A program made the translations under genes and the position numbers. A stretch of 64,000 nucleotides of DNA from the human T2T-CHM13v2.0 reference genome, Homo sapiens. Below the pieces are notes generated by a model. That model saw only the letters and a list, made by a program, of their open reading frames with translations, did no database searches and was not told where the DNA came from. Shown here piece after piece: positions 41,866-61,101 of this stretch. The DNA is taken from the NCBI RefSeq assembly GCF_009914755.1, contig NC_060925.1; one strand, 5' to 3'. Position 1 is the first letter of the stretch. The number at the start of each line of letters is the position of its first letter.

Positions 41866-42360
41866 TGAGGCCTTTTCACGACGAGCTGTCACTGGAGTTG
41901 GCCTGAGGCTTCAGGGGAAGCCCTTCCCTGTATCCAGCCCAGTCATGACCCTTCCTGGTGTGAGGGTGGCTGTAGGATGAGGAATAGTCAGGGCCCCCCT
42001 GCACTTCAGGCAGCAGCACCCCTCAGTCCAGGGAGGAGGAATAACCCAGTTCTACGGTGGAGGCAGAGACCAGACCCGGGCCTGGGGGGCAAGTCGGGGG
42101 GCGGGGGGAGGTCGGGCAGGGTCCCCTGGGAGGATGGGGACGTGCTGTGCCCCTAGCGGCCACCAGAGGGCACCAGGACACCACTGCGGTCGGCTCAGCG
42201 GCTCCTGCCCTGGTCAGGGGGCGCCAGGTCCTGCCCCTCCTGGGGAGGGCGGGGGGCGAGAAGGGCGATTCTGGGGGCGGTTGCTCGGCTCCCTTTCCTG
42301 AAGCCATGTGGCCCGGGTGAAAGTCCCGGACCTTGAGACAGTCGGGGAGCTGATCCATGA

Positions 42361-43034
<674 letters not shown>

Positions 43035-43460
43035 TCTTCAAGTATTTAAAATGTGCAGTTCGCTAGGTTTGGACACATATACCCCCGGGAGCCACCACAA
43101 ACGTCTCCAACACTCCCAAACGTTCCTTCGGCCCCTTGGTGATTCTTTCCCTCCCCACACTCAGGCAACCCCGAATCCGCTGTCCCTGCAGAGTAAGTTG
43201 CATTGGCTAGAATCGTCCGCTGGGCCCTTCTTCGTACAGGACAGAAAAGTACAACACGCCTGTCCTCTGTGACAGCGTTTCTTAGAGATTCACCCACACT
43301 GTGGTATATGTCAATTGTTGCTTTTCATACAAAGTGTTCCATTGTTGGATACACTACAGTTTCTGTATCCATGCCTCTCTTGATGGACATTTGGATTATT
43401 TCTAGTTTGGGGCTATCACAGGTAAAACTGCTACGAACATTTGTGTACAAGTGTTTGTAC

Positions 43461-44307
<847 letters not shown>

Positions 44308-44644
44308 GTGTGGACACATGCTTTCATTTCTCTTGGGTACATACTCGGAATTGGAGTGGCTAGATCATATGATAGGTATATGTTTAACTTTTTGAGAAAC
44401 TGCCAGACCGTCTTCCAGTGTGGTTGTACAATTATTTATTCCCACTAGAGGTTCCAGGCTCCGTGTCCTCGTCCTCACCCACACTCAGCGCGGGACAGCT
44501 TTGTAATTCAGTCATCCCAGTAGGCGCTCATTCTGGTTTTAATTTGCATTTCCTTAATGATGAACAACACTGGGCATCTTCTCACGTGTGCATTTGTTAT
44601 CCATGTATCTTCTTTGGTAAAAAGACTGATCAAATATTTTGTCC

Positions 44645-46517
<1,873 letters not shown>

Positions 46518-46552
46518 TCAAAAGCAGCTGACCATCCATCCATGGGCTGGCC

Positions 46553-47280
46553 CATTTCTGGAGTTCTGGGTTGATTGTTTCTGGAGTTCGGGGTTGATAG
46601 TTTCTGGCGTTTAGGGTTGATTGTTTCTGGCGTTCAGGGTTGATTGTTTCTGGAGTTCAGGGTTGATAGTTTCTGGAGTTCTGGGTGGAGTGTTTCGGGA
46701 GTTCTGGGTTGATTGTTTCTGGAGTTCAGGGTTGAGTGTTTCGGGAGTTCTGGGTTGATTGTTTCTGGGGTTCAGGGTTGATTGTTTCTGGAGTTCAGGG
46801 TTGATTATTTCTGGTGTTCTGGGTTAATTGTTTCTGGAGTTCAGGGTTGATTGTTTCTGGAGTTTGGGGTTGACTGTTTCTGGAGTTCTGGGTTGATTGT
46901 TTCTGGAGTTCAGGGTTGATTGTTTCTGGAGTTTGGGGTTGACTTTCTGGAGTTCGTGGTTGATTGTTTCTAGAGTTTGGGGTTGTTTCTGGAGTTCGTG
47001 GTTGATTGTTTCTGGAGTTCTGGGTTGACTGTTTCTGGAGTTCAGGGTTGATTGTTTATGGAATTTGGGGTTGATTGTTTCTGGAGTTCTGGGTTGATTG
47101 TTTCTGGAGTTCTGGGTTGATTGTTTCTGGAGCTCTGGGTTGATTTTTTCTGGAGTTCGGGGTTGATTGTTTCTGGAATTCGGGGTTGACTGTTTCTGCA
47201 GTTCTGGGTTGACTGTGGAGTTCAGGATTGAATGTTTTCTGAAGTTCGGGGTTGATTGTGTTTGGAATTCTGGGTAATTT
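46553..47280. repeat. 23-bp minisatellite, about 31 copies
   Basis: GGGTTGATTGTTTCTGGAGTTC(T/A/G). Confidence 0.95.
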
Positions 47281-47418
47281 CCTTGTCAATATATATTTTG
47301 CCAACGTTTCCTCCCATATGTGATGTCTTTTCACTTTTTGATAATGCCATTTGAAACATAAGTTTTAAATTTTGATGATGTCTAATTTTTTTCTTTGGTC
47401 ACTTATGCTTCTGGTATC

Positions 47419-47775
47419 TGTTTTAGTATATTTTGTGCTGCCTTAATAGGATATCTGAGACTGGGTAATTTATAATGAACAGAAATTTATTTCTCACAGT
47501 TCTGGAGGCTGGGAAATGCAGATGAAGGTGCTGGCGTCTGATGAGCTCCTTCCTTCTGTGTCATCCCTGGACAAAGAAGACAGAGTGGGAGAGCAGGAGG
47601 GGCTGGACCCCCCTTCCATGAGGAACCCACTCCCACGATACCAGCGTTCATCTCTTCGTGAGGGCAGAGCCTCCATAAGCTAAACACCTCTTAAAGGTCC
47701 CACCTCCCAACACTTCCACATGGGGGTCAAGCTCCCGGCACATGAGCTTTTGGGGCCATATCCAAACCACAGCAG
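47419..47775 (-). mobile_element. MaLR LTR (MST/MLT1A-like)
   Basis: GAGACTGGGTAATTTATAATGAACAGAAATTTATTTCTCACAGTTCTGGAGGCTGGGAA ... CAAACCACAGCA. Confidence 0.85.
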
Positions 47776-47899
47776 TATCCTACCTAAGAAGACTTTTGCC
47801 CAAGGTCTTTCCAAACCCAAGATCATGACAATTTACTGCTATATTTTCTTCTAAAAGTTTTATAGTTTTAGCTCTTATGTCTGTCATCCATTCTGTTTT

Positions 47900-50705
<2,806 letters not shown>

Positions 50706-50792
50706 TAGCTTCTTGGAGTAAGTTGTAGCAGCAGCTTTCATATCCTTGTCTATGAATTCTATCATCTCTAACATTGCTGGAATCTTCCTGTC

Positions 50793-51035
50793 CATGTGGG
50801 GAGGGTTCATGTGTCCGTCATCTGGGAGGGTCCATGTGTCTGTCATCTGGGGAGGGTCCATGTGTCCGTCATCTGGGGAGGGTCCATGTGTCCGTCATCT
50901 GGCAGGGTCCCCGTGTCCGTCATCTGGGGAGGGTCCCCGTGTCCGTCATCTGGGGAGGGTCCCCGTGTCCGTCATCTGGGGAGGGTCCCCGTGTCTGTCA
51001 TCTGGGGAGGGTCCCCGTGTCCGTCATCTGGGGAG
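50793..51035. repeat. 26-bp VNTR, about 9 copies
   Basis: CCGTCATCTGGGGAGGGTCC(CC/AT)GTGT. Confidence 0.95.
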
Positions 51036-51613
51036 CATCCTTGCCTGAGTGCCAGGAAGGGGGGACACTCTCACTGTAACATCAGCTCAGATCCTTCATG
51101 CTTTCATTGCTGCCTCCACATGGAGATGGCATTTGCCCCAAGGATTTCTGTCAAGCAGGTGACAGCCTCCTGCCTGCAACCTGCTTGGTAACATTAAGCC
51201 CCTGGCTTGGTCAGGAAAAGTCCAGCCGAAATCCCGCATAGTAGGTTCATTGGCCACCTCCTGGAGTGCTGCTCTCACCCCTTTCCCAACAAACCAGCTT
51301 CCTGGGGACGTGCTGATGGAGCTTCCTCTTCCTAAAGCTGAACTGGAAAAACAGAAGGTGCACAACGACACGATGTCCTGGCCCCCAGGCGTCTCCGCCG
51401 ACAGCTTGGGCCTCCTCCCGGTGCATGTGAAGGAGGAAGTTTGGCCAGAGCCAGCAGACCTCATCCCTGACCGGGGCTGGGGGGGCCCAAGACCAAGGGG
51501 GCCACTGGGCCTGGGGCTTAAGAGGCCATGGTTGGGGGGGATCGGCAGCTGGAGGGTCCCATGCTGGAGCACAGCCCGCCCTGCCATCTGGTGTGTTTGG
51601 CACATGCCAGTCA

Positions 51614-53420
<1,807 letters not shown>

Positions 53421-53899
53421 TCGGCCCATCACCTGGGCAGAACCCTGCTGATCCTGCAGATCACTGGACCCTCAGGACACTGAGGTGTGAATGCCAGAAG
53501 GGGACAGTGGGACGTCAGGGAGGCTGCCACCCCAGGGCCCTTGCCCCGGCTGCGTCCGAGGTGGGTATAACCCTGGGGCTCCAGGGGGCCGTGGGGCAGC
53601 AGCCAGGCATGGTGAGGAGACAGTCCTGGACCCAGGTGACCACAGAACCCGGCGGGGCGAGCTTCAGCCTCACCTCTCACAAGCCCCGGCTCCAGGCAGC
53701 CCCAACCCCACCCCCATCCCTAACTTGCCGGCGCCCGGAGTTCATGGGCCTGGCCTAGACTTCGGTCACCACAGGGACTGAGGTTCTCCAGATTTCAAAA
53801 GCCTGTGATCTGCGGTTGTGTTGCCCCGTTCCCCCCGCGGCAGACAAGCCCAGACACACACGGCCCAGACACCCCAGAGGCAAAGGAATTCAGCAAACA

Positions 53900-53905
53900 T
53901 TTATT
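53900..53905 (-). terminator. Minus-strand AATAAA; likely 3' end of the transcript downstream of HES4 (lncRNA or extended HES4 3'UTR)
   Basis: TTTATT on +, followed on - by GU-rich sequence (TCTGGGGTGTCTGGGCCGTGTGTGT). Confidence 0.55.
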
Positions 53906-54134
53906 GACCCTTGGTCCTCATCAAGGAGGCAGTGAGAGATGAACTGGAAGTGACCAGGGGCTGCCAGCCACACCCCCTCCACCGAGAAGATGACTTTCAC
54001 CTACTATACAGCAGAAAACCAAAAGCCAAGATAAAAATCGCTGGGGAGGGGCAGGGATGGGGGACCGGGCCAGACCCCAGCTGCTGAGCAGCCGCCACCT
54101 GAGGTGGGGAGGGGCAGGAAATGTCTGGAGAGTA

Positions 54135-54968
54135 GGGAGGGCAGAAAGGACCCCCACGTGAGGGGGCACCCCACATCTGGGGCCACAGGATGCAGGGTGG
54201 GGAGGGCAGAAAGGCCCCCCCGCGGGAAGGGGCACCCCACATCTGGGGCCACAGGATGCAGGGTGGGGAGGGCAGAAAGGCCCCCCCGCGGGAAGGGGCA
54301 CCCCACATCTGGGGCCACAGGATGCAGGGTGGGGAGGGCAGAAAGGACCCCCCGCTGGAGGGGGCACCTCACGTCTGGGGCCACAGGATGCAGGGTGGGG
54401 AGGACAGAAAGGACCCCCCGCTGGAGGGGGCACCCCACATCTGGGGCCACAGGATGCAGGGTGGGGAGGGCAGAAAGGACCCCCCGCTGGAGGGGGCACC
54501 CCACGTCTGGGGCCACAGGATGCAGGGTGGGGAGGACAGAAAGGACCCCCCGCTGGAGGGGGCACCCCACATCTGGGGCCACAGGATGCAGGGTGGGGAG
54601 GGCAGAAAGGACCCCCCGCTGGAGGGGGCACCTCACATCTGGGGCCACAGGATGCAGGGTGGGGAGGACAGAAAGGACCCCCCGCTGGAGGGGGGACCCC
54701 CCGCTGGAGGGGGCACCCCACATCTGGGGCCACAGGATGCAGGGTGGGGAGGGCAGAAAGGACCCCCCGCTGGAGGGGGCACCTCACGTCTGGGGCCACA
54801 GGAGGCAGGGTGGGGAGGACAGAAAGGACCCCCCGCTGGAGGGGGCACCCCACATCTGGGGCCACAGGATGCAGGGTGGGGAGGGCAGAAAGGACCCCCC
54901 GCGGGAGGGGGCACCTCACGTCTGGGGCCACAGGATGCAGGGTGGGGAGGGCAGAAAGAACCCCCGCG
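54135..54968. repeat. 66-bp G-rich VNTR, about 12 copies
   Basis: CACATCTGG at 54172, 54238, 54304 and onward; unit CCCACATCTGGGGCCACAGGATGCAGGGTGGGGAGGGCAGAAAGGACCCCCCGCTGGAGGGGGCAC. Confidence 0.97.
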
Positions 54969-55712
54969 TGCCTAAGCAGGTTCTGGTGGGCGTCCTGGCT
55001 GGGTGTAGGCAGAGGCTGGCTCCCGGAGGCCCGAGGGGGGCTCTGAGAAGGGGGCGGCCTGAGGGGGAGCCCAGGACAGCCCCTATGCTGCCCCCGTCCA
55101 GCCCGGCCCCTCAGGCTGTGTTTCCTGAGACCTCGCTAGTCTAACCCAAACCTCCCAGCTCTGTCATTCAAAGGGATGGATTAGGTCCCCGTGGGTCCAT
55201 TTCCCTGTTTTGGGTGCTGAGGACAGAGCTTCTGGACAGACTCAGCCCTCGCCCTCTGGAGCCCCGTCCAGCTGGGCCCGGATGATGCACCACCCAGCCT
55301 TCGGCAGATGGGATGGACGACAAGTTAGGAGGAAAGAAGGGGGAAAAGCCAGGGGGCAGGTGGTGTGGAGCACAAAGGAACCCAGACTGCGAAGGGACTG
55401 CCCAAGGACTGTGATTCCCCCAGAACCTGAGTGGTCCCTGGGCAGCTATGCAGGGCCCTTTCGCCACAGTGGAGAGGGCATTCAAGGCCAGAGCCTGGTG
55501 GAGAGATGCCCTGCCCTCTTGGGACCCACAGCCCGGGTGACTTTGTGGGGTGCCTCTCTTACCCTGAGCTCCTCCCCACACTCCCAGCTTCGCTGCCCCA
55601 GGCCCTCCTTCCCCTTCTGCACTGATGCCTTCTCTGAGCAACTCCCCTCCCCCGGCCACGCTGAGCTTCCAGCTGCCCCCAAGAAGACCGTCCCTTCCTG
55701 TGCTGCTGAGGA

Positions 55713-55830
55713 GGCCTCCCTCACGGGGTCTCAAGCTCCCAAGGGGAAGGGGGCCTCCCTCACGGGGTCTCAAGCTCCCAAGGAGAAGGGGGCCTCCCTC
55801 ATGGGGTCTCAGGCTCCCAAGGGGAAGGGC
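55713..55830. repeat. 39-bp repeat, 3 copies
   Basis: GGCCTCCCTCACGGGGTCTCAAGCTCCCAAGGGGAAGGG at 55713, 55752 and 55791. Confidence 0.9.
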
Positions 55831-56840
55831 TACTTTGAGGCTCTCCTGGGACCAGGACCCCCAGAGTAGGACTGCTGGGGGGACCAAGGGTGGGACCCCC
55901 AGCCCAATGCTACCCCGCCCAGGGTCACTGGCCTGGCCCTCGGAGCTCAGGGAGGGGGCAGGGCAGCCAGGGGCCAGGGGTGGCCTGGCTTGTTGGGCCT
56001 GGGAGGCTCCTACAAGCTGTGCACGGCTGTGTCCTGGAGGGCCCAGGGGGGCTCCTGATGGAGGCACAGACTGGGGCCTGGAGGGCCAGTGCTGGTGGGA
56101 GGGCTCGCTCGCCTCCCGTGGGCCCTGGTGAACTCGGCCCCAGTTGGGAAATGGCCCTGGGTGCGGCTCAGGGGGAGACCCTCTGCCTCGGCTGAGTGCC
56201 TCGAACTGCGCCGGACCCCCCCGAACGCGGGACCGGGATGGCGACCGCGGCGCTGGTTCAGGGGAACGTCCGGCGCTGCCTGGTAACTCGGTGGTCGACA
56301 ACGGCACGTGCTCGGGACGATGAGGGAGGAGCCCCCAGTCCTCACCCACTGGGGAGGCGGAACCTCCCTTACCGGGGCAGGGGAGGCTGCGGGCAGGGCC
56401 GACGCCCTCGTGAGCGACGTCCTTGGCCCCGGCACTCGGTGTCCACAGCCCAGCTCGGACCCGCGCGCTCCCGCCGGGCGCCCCCCGCACAGACGCCTGG
56501 AGGAGGGATCTGCGGTGGGCACGGGCAGCTCTGCACTTAACAGGAGAACCCAGCGGGGGTCTTCAGGGCCAAGGGCGGCCGCCCTCATCCCAGCGCCGCT
56601 CAGGACCGCAGCCTCCGCCTTCCGCGGTCCGGGGACTGGGAGTCGGGAAAGGGGCCTCCGAAAAGTAACTTGCCCGGCGATGCTGCGCGACCGCCTTCCA
56701 GCACCGGGAAGATTCTGGGCACTCAGGGACGTTGAGCTTCCCACCTGAGCCTCCGGGGGGACCCCTCACAACCGCCACCGCAGAGCGAGGCAAACCCAAC
56801 GCGGGGGCAGAGGGCGCGTGCGCGTGCGGGGCTGCAGGGA

Positions 56841-56940
56841 TGCGGAGGGGAGGGCGCGGAGGGGAGGGCGCGGAGCGGAGGGGAGGGCGCGGAGCGGAGG
56901 GGAGGGCGCGGAGCGGAGGGGAGGGCGCGGAGCGGAGGGG
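56841..56940. repeat. ~20-bp G-rich repeat, about 5 copies
   Basis: GCGGAGGGGAGGGCGCGGA units. Confidence 0.9.
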
Positions 56941-57213
56941 TCGCCCTCAGTCCTCGGTCCCGCCCCCAGCCCGCCCCCCCGGGCCCGCCCGACGCCCCCA
57001 GCCACCTGCAGACCGCGGCCCTGGGAGGAGGGCGGGACCCCGGCGCGGCGTGGCTGCGGGGCGCTCCCAAAGTCAACTCTTCACCAAGACAAAGAAAGAA
57101 AACTCGTGACGCAGACTCTGGAATAATAAATACGTTTTCTCTGCTACAGTCTCGGCAAAGGCCACGGCCCTAGAACGGGGCGCCGCCTCCGATGCAGTCT
57201 CAGGGCCACAGCC

Positions 57214-58128
57214 TCAGCGCAGCCACGGCCTCCAGGGCCCACCCGGGCCCTGCGGCCCCGCCCTGGGGGCGGCGGGCAGCGCCCGGGTCAGACCCGGCAG
57301 CAGCGGCGGCGCGAGCAGAGGGAAGGGGCCGCCGAGCGATGGCAGCAGCGGGCGGCCCGCGTAGACCTCGGGCGCTGGGGCCTCTGCGGGGGCAGCCGGG
57401 GACAGCGAGGCCGGGCGGCGGGAGGGTCCCAGCTGGCGCAGGCAGGCTGCCAGGTGGCCCAGCAGGCGGGAGCGCACGTCGGCCGGGACGCCCTCGCAGC
57501 CGGCCAGGAAGCGGTTCACCTCCGCCAGACACTCGTGGAAGCCGGCGCGGTACTTGCCCAGAACGGCGGGGTCGGCGCTGAGCGCGGCTGCGGGAGCGAC
57601 ACAGGAGGAGAGGTCGGTGCCGGGTCCCGGGGGTCCCGCGCCCTCCCCCCGCCTCCAAGCCGCCGCCGCCCGCGCCTCACCCGTCACCTGCACGCGACGC
57701 AGGCTCCGCAGGTGTCTCACGGTCATCTCCAGGATGTCCGCCTTCTCCAGCTTCGAGTGGCGGGAGCTCTGGGGGCGGGGATAGGCGGGAGGTCCAGGTC
57801 AGCTGCGACCCAGACTCCGGGTCTCGGGCCTTCGCCCCCGACTTACCTCTTTTCTGAGGGCGTCCAGGATGAGGGTTTTGAGCTGAGCGAGGCTCTCGTT
57901 AATACGCGCTCGGCGCCGCTTCTCCATGACCGGCTTGGAGGACTGCGGGTCGGGCACCGGCTGAGTCCCGCGTCCCTCCCGCCCCCCGGTCGCCCCACTC
58001 ACGCCCGGCCGGGACCCCACCTTGCGGTGCTCGGCCGCGCTCCGGGGCTTGTCTGGGGTCCGGCTGGCGCTGGCCGGCGCTCCTGCCATCGGCGAGGCGC
58101 TCGGTTTCCCCGGCGTGTCTGCGGCCAT
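57214..58128 (-). CDS. HES4: Hes family bHLH transcription factor 4, 221 aa (247 aa with intron 1 retained). Exons: 58021-58128, 57847-57942, 57681-57768, 57214-57587
   Basis: [17 protein letters not shown]|[25 protein letters not shown] (bHLH with the Hes-type proline), [15 protein letters not shown], Orange domain ([12 protein letters not shown]), WRPW. Exons sum to 666 nt. Confidence 0.98.
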
Positions 58129-58269
58129 GGTGCGCCCCGCGCCTCCCCGTGCCGGGTGGAGCGCGCCGCCACGGACCACGGGCGGGCTGGCGGGCGAGCG
58201 GCGAGCGCGCGGCGATCCGAGCCCCTAGGGCGGGTCCCGGCTCCAGGCCCGCGCGCGCCTCAGGCCTTT

Positions 58270-58345
58270 TCCCTATTTAAGGCCTCGCCGCCGCGGGGTG
58301 TGTGAACCCGGCTCCGCATTCTTTCCCACACTCGCCCCAGCCAAT
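58270..58345 (-). promoter_or_regulatory. HES4: HES4 core promoter: TATA-like box, paired RBPJ sites (SPS) and CCAAT box
   Basis: TTAAATA at 58274-58280; head-to-head GTGGGAA (58323-58329) and TTCACAC (58300-58306) with a 16-bp spacer, as in the HES1 SPS; CCAAT at 58341-58345. Confidence 0.9.
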
Positions 58346-59289
58346 CGACGGCCGCGCTCCTCCCCCGCTCGCTGTCAGTCACGCCTCGGCTCCGGGCGCG
58401 GCCTCCGCGGGCGACAATGGCATGCGGGGCCCCCGCCCGCGCCCCCCTCCGACACCGCTGGGGACAGGGCCGGGTGATCCCGCGCTCCCCGATGCAGCCG
58501 GGGCCGAGCAACGCGCCGGGAGGGGCCGCTGGGGGCGAACGGGGCCCGGGACCCCCGGGGCTGGGCGGAGTCTCGGGGCTCACTCTCCCGCCCAGGGGGC
58601 CGGGAGCGGGGGCTGGACGGAGCTGGGGCTGTGGCCGCGCGGGAAGTCGGGAAGGAAATTCCCCCAGTGGCGCAGGGTCCGGCGGCGCCGAGGGGTGGGC
58701 GAGCCTCGGTCTCGAGCCTCTTGGCTTCCTCCGCCCGTCCCCACTCCGGTCCCGGTTTGGGCCCTGCTCGGTCTCCGAGTTTGATCCGACACCGGCTCGG
58801 CCTCCGGGGGTCCCACCCTCAGGTGTGCGGCCTGGAGCACGGAGGGCTGCAGAAAGCCTTGGGAGCGACAGAGCCGGGGGAAGGTTGGCGGCCGGGTCGG
58901 CAGGCGGGAGGGCGGAGTCAGCGGACGGCGAAGGGGCGCACGGGTGGCCCCGCAGAGCAGGGCCGGTGGTGGCGCGGGCCGGGCAGGACCACGAGGAGCA
59001 GAACGTGCGCGTGACGCGAGCGGGCTGGTGACGTCACCAGGCACCCGGGGCGATGACGCAAGCCTGCTGGGATGACGTCATGTGGCCCGTGTCGCCACGT
59101 GCTTCCAGGTGACCCGCTGGCGAACTCAGCAGCAGCAAAGTGGGGCTCACAGAAAAATGAGGGGCCACTGTTAATATAACTGCAAAGGGGCAGGTTGCGT
59201 AAAACAGGGCTGTGGTTATTTTCGTGTTTGCTGTTTTTATTTCGAATGCCGCTGCGGGGCACGTTGGTCCTTTCCGCACTCGGGGTCCC

Positions 59290-59436
59290 CGGCGGCCTCA
59301 CGCGTCCGTGCAGCGGAGGCTTCCTGAGCCCCCTGGAGAGCCTGGCCTGGGCCCGGGTGTGGAGACCCTCCCGGGCTTTCAATCCGGGCAGGAGGCAGAT
59401 GGCAGACTCAGCAGTCACGTAAGAGAACCGAATTAG
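59290..59436 (+). other. ISG15: Probable distal non-coding first exon of ISG15, divergent from HES4
   Basis: Two donors, CAC|GTAAGA (59418) and TAG|GTGGGT (59436), downstream of a CRE cluster. The assignment to ISG15 relies on my recall of locus order and annotation; the ISG15 CDS is outside the window. Confidence 0.55.
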
Positions 59437-60339
59437 GTGGGTGGCCTGGGTGGACAAAAGCCTTCTTGACGCCGGGTGGTCCCAAAGTCTTCTGCGGGGT
59501 GGGGGGTCCTCAGGGGGGAAGCCTCAAGGGAGGGCGTGGCATTCCCAGGGTGCGAAGGGGGCGCAGGGACGAGGGAGGTGGGGAGGGGGAGCTGGGCCAG
59601 CGAGAACCGGGAGCTTCTGGTCGGGGAGGGAGTCGGGGAACTTTTTGGGGAGCTTTTCTGAGCCAGGGAGTCGGCTGATTGGCAGGTTCGCCCCTGCCCG
59701 GGCACCTGGACCCAGGGTTTCTGTGCGGAAGCTTCCCCTCCCCTCGGACCCCACGTCTAATCTGGCCCCAAGCAAAGTCCTGCGGCCCACGCGGGAAGGC
59801 GCCCTCTTCGCGGCGCTGACCCCGGCCCTCCGCGGTGCCCCTGAGGCGCCCCCCACACCCCGCCGCTTGCACAGGGGCGCGGGGGGCTGCGAGGCCGGAG
59901 CGGGGGTGGCGCCCTCTCCGCCGAGAGGCTGTCCGCGCCCCTCGCCGACTGGGGAAAGCCGCGGGGGCTGGGCGGGCGTCTCGGAGGTGGCCCCGCGAGC
60001 ACTTAAGCCCCGGCTCTCCTGCCCCGACCTCTCTGCGCGCGCCTCGGCGCTGGAGAGGCTCGGACCGGCCCCGTAGCCCAGGAGGTGGTGTGGATGGTGT
60101 CCCCGTCCCGCGTCCCTCCCCGGCCTGAGCGCTGGGCCCGGGCGGGAAAGCCCGCGAGCGCCCCCAGTGGCCGCAGTCGCCGCCGCCTCCTGCTGGGGGT
60201 CATCCCAGGGGAGCTGCCGGCCTGAATCTCCCCAGCCCCTGGGCCCCGGCTTGGGAAGAAATTTGGGGGGGCTCTGGGCCTCCCCCAGTCCCTAGACAGG
60301 CAGGGAGTTCGGGATGGAAGGAGGAGCCTGAGGATCGTT

Positions 60340-61101
<762 letters not shown>

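Larger units (their letters stand above)
56100..60260. promoter_or_regulatory. Large CpG island over HES4 and its upstream region
   Basis: Very high GC and CpG density. Confidence 0.88.

Noticed and set aside
53921-55144. 240-346-aa repeat ORFs, or a CRISPR-like array
   Set aside because: This is a 66-bp VNTR with no unique spacers and no cas genes, in a human context.
55168-56490. 440-aa minus-strand ORF downstream of HES4
   Set aside because: Non-ATG start, GC-driven Gly/Pro/Ser composition and no recognisable domain.
58272-58282. CArG box in the HES4 promoter
   Set aside because: CCTATTTAAGG has seven A/T bases rather than six, and its position fits a TATA-like element.
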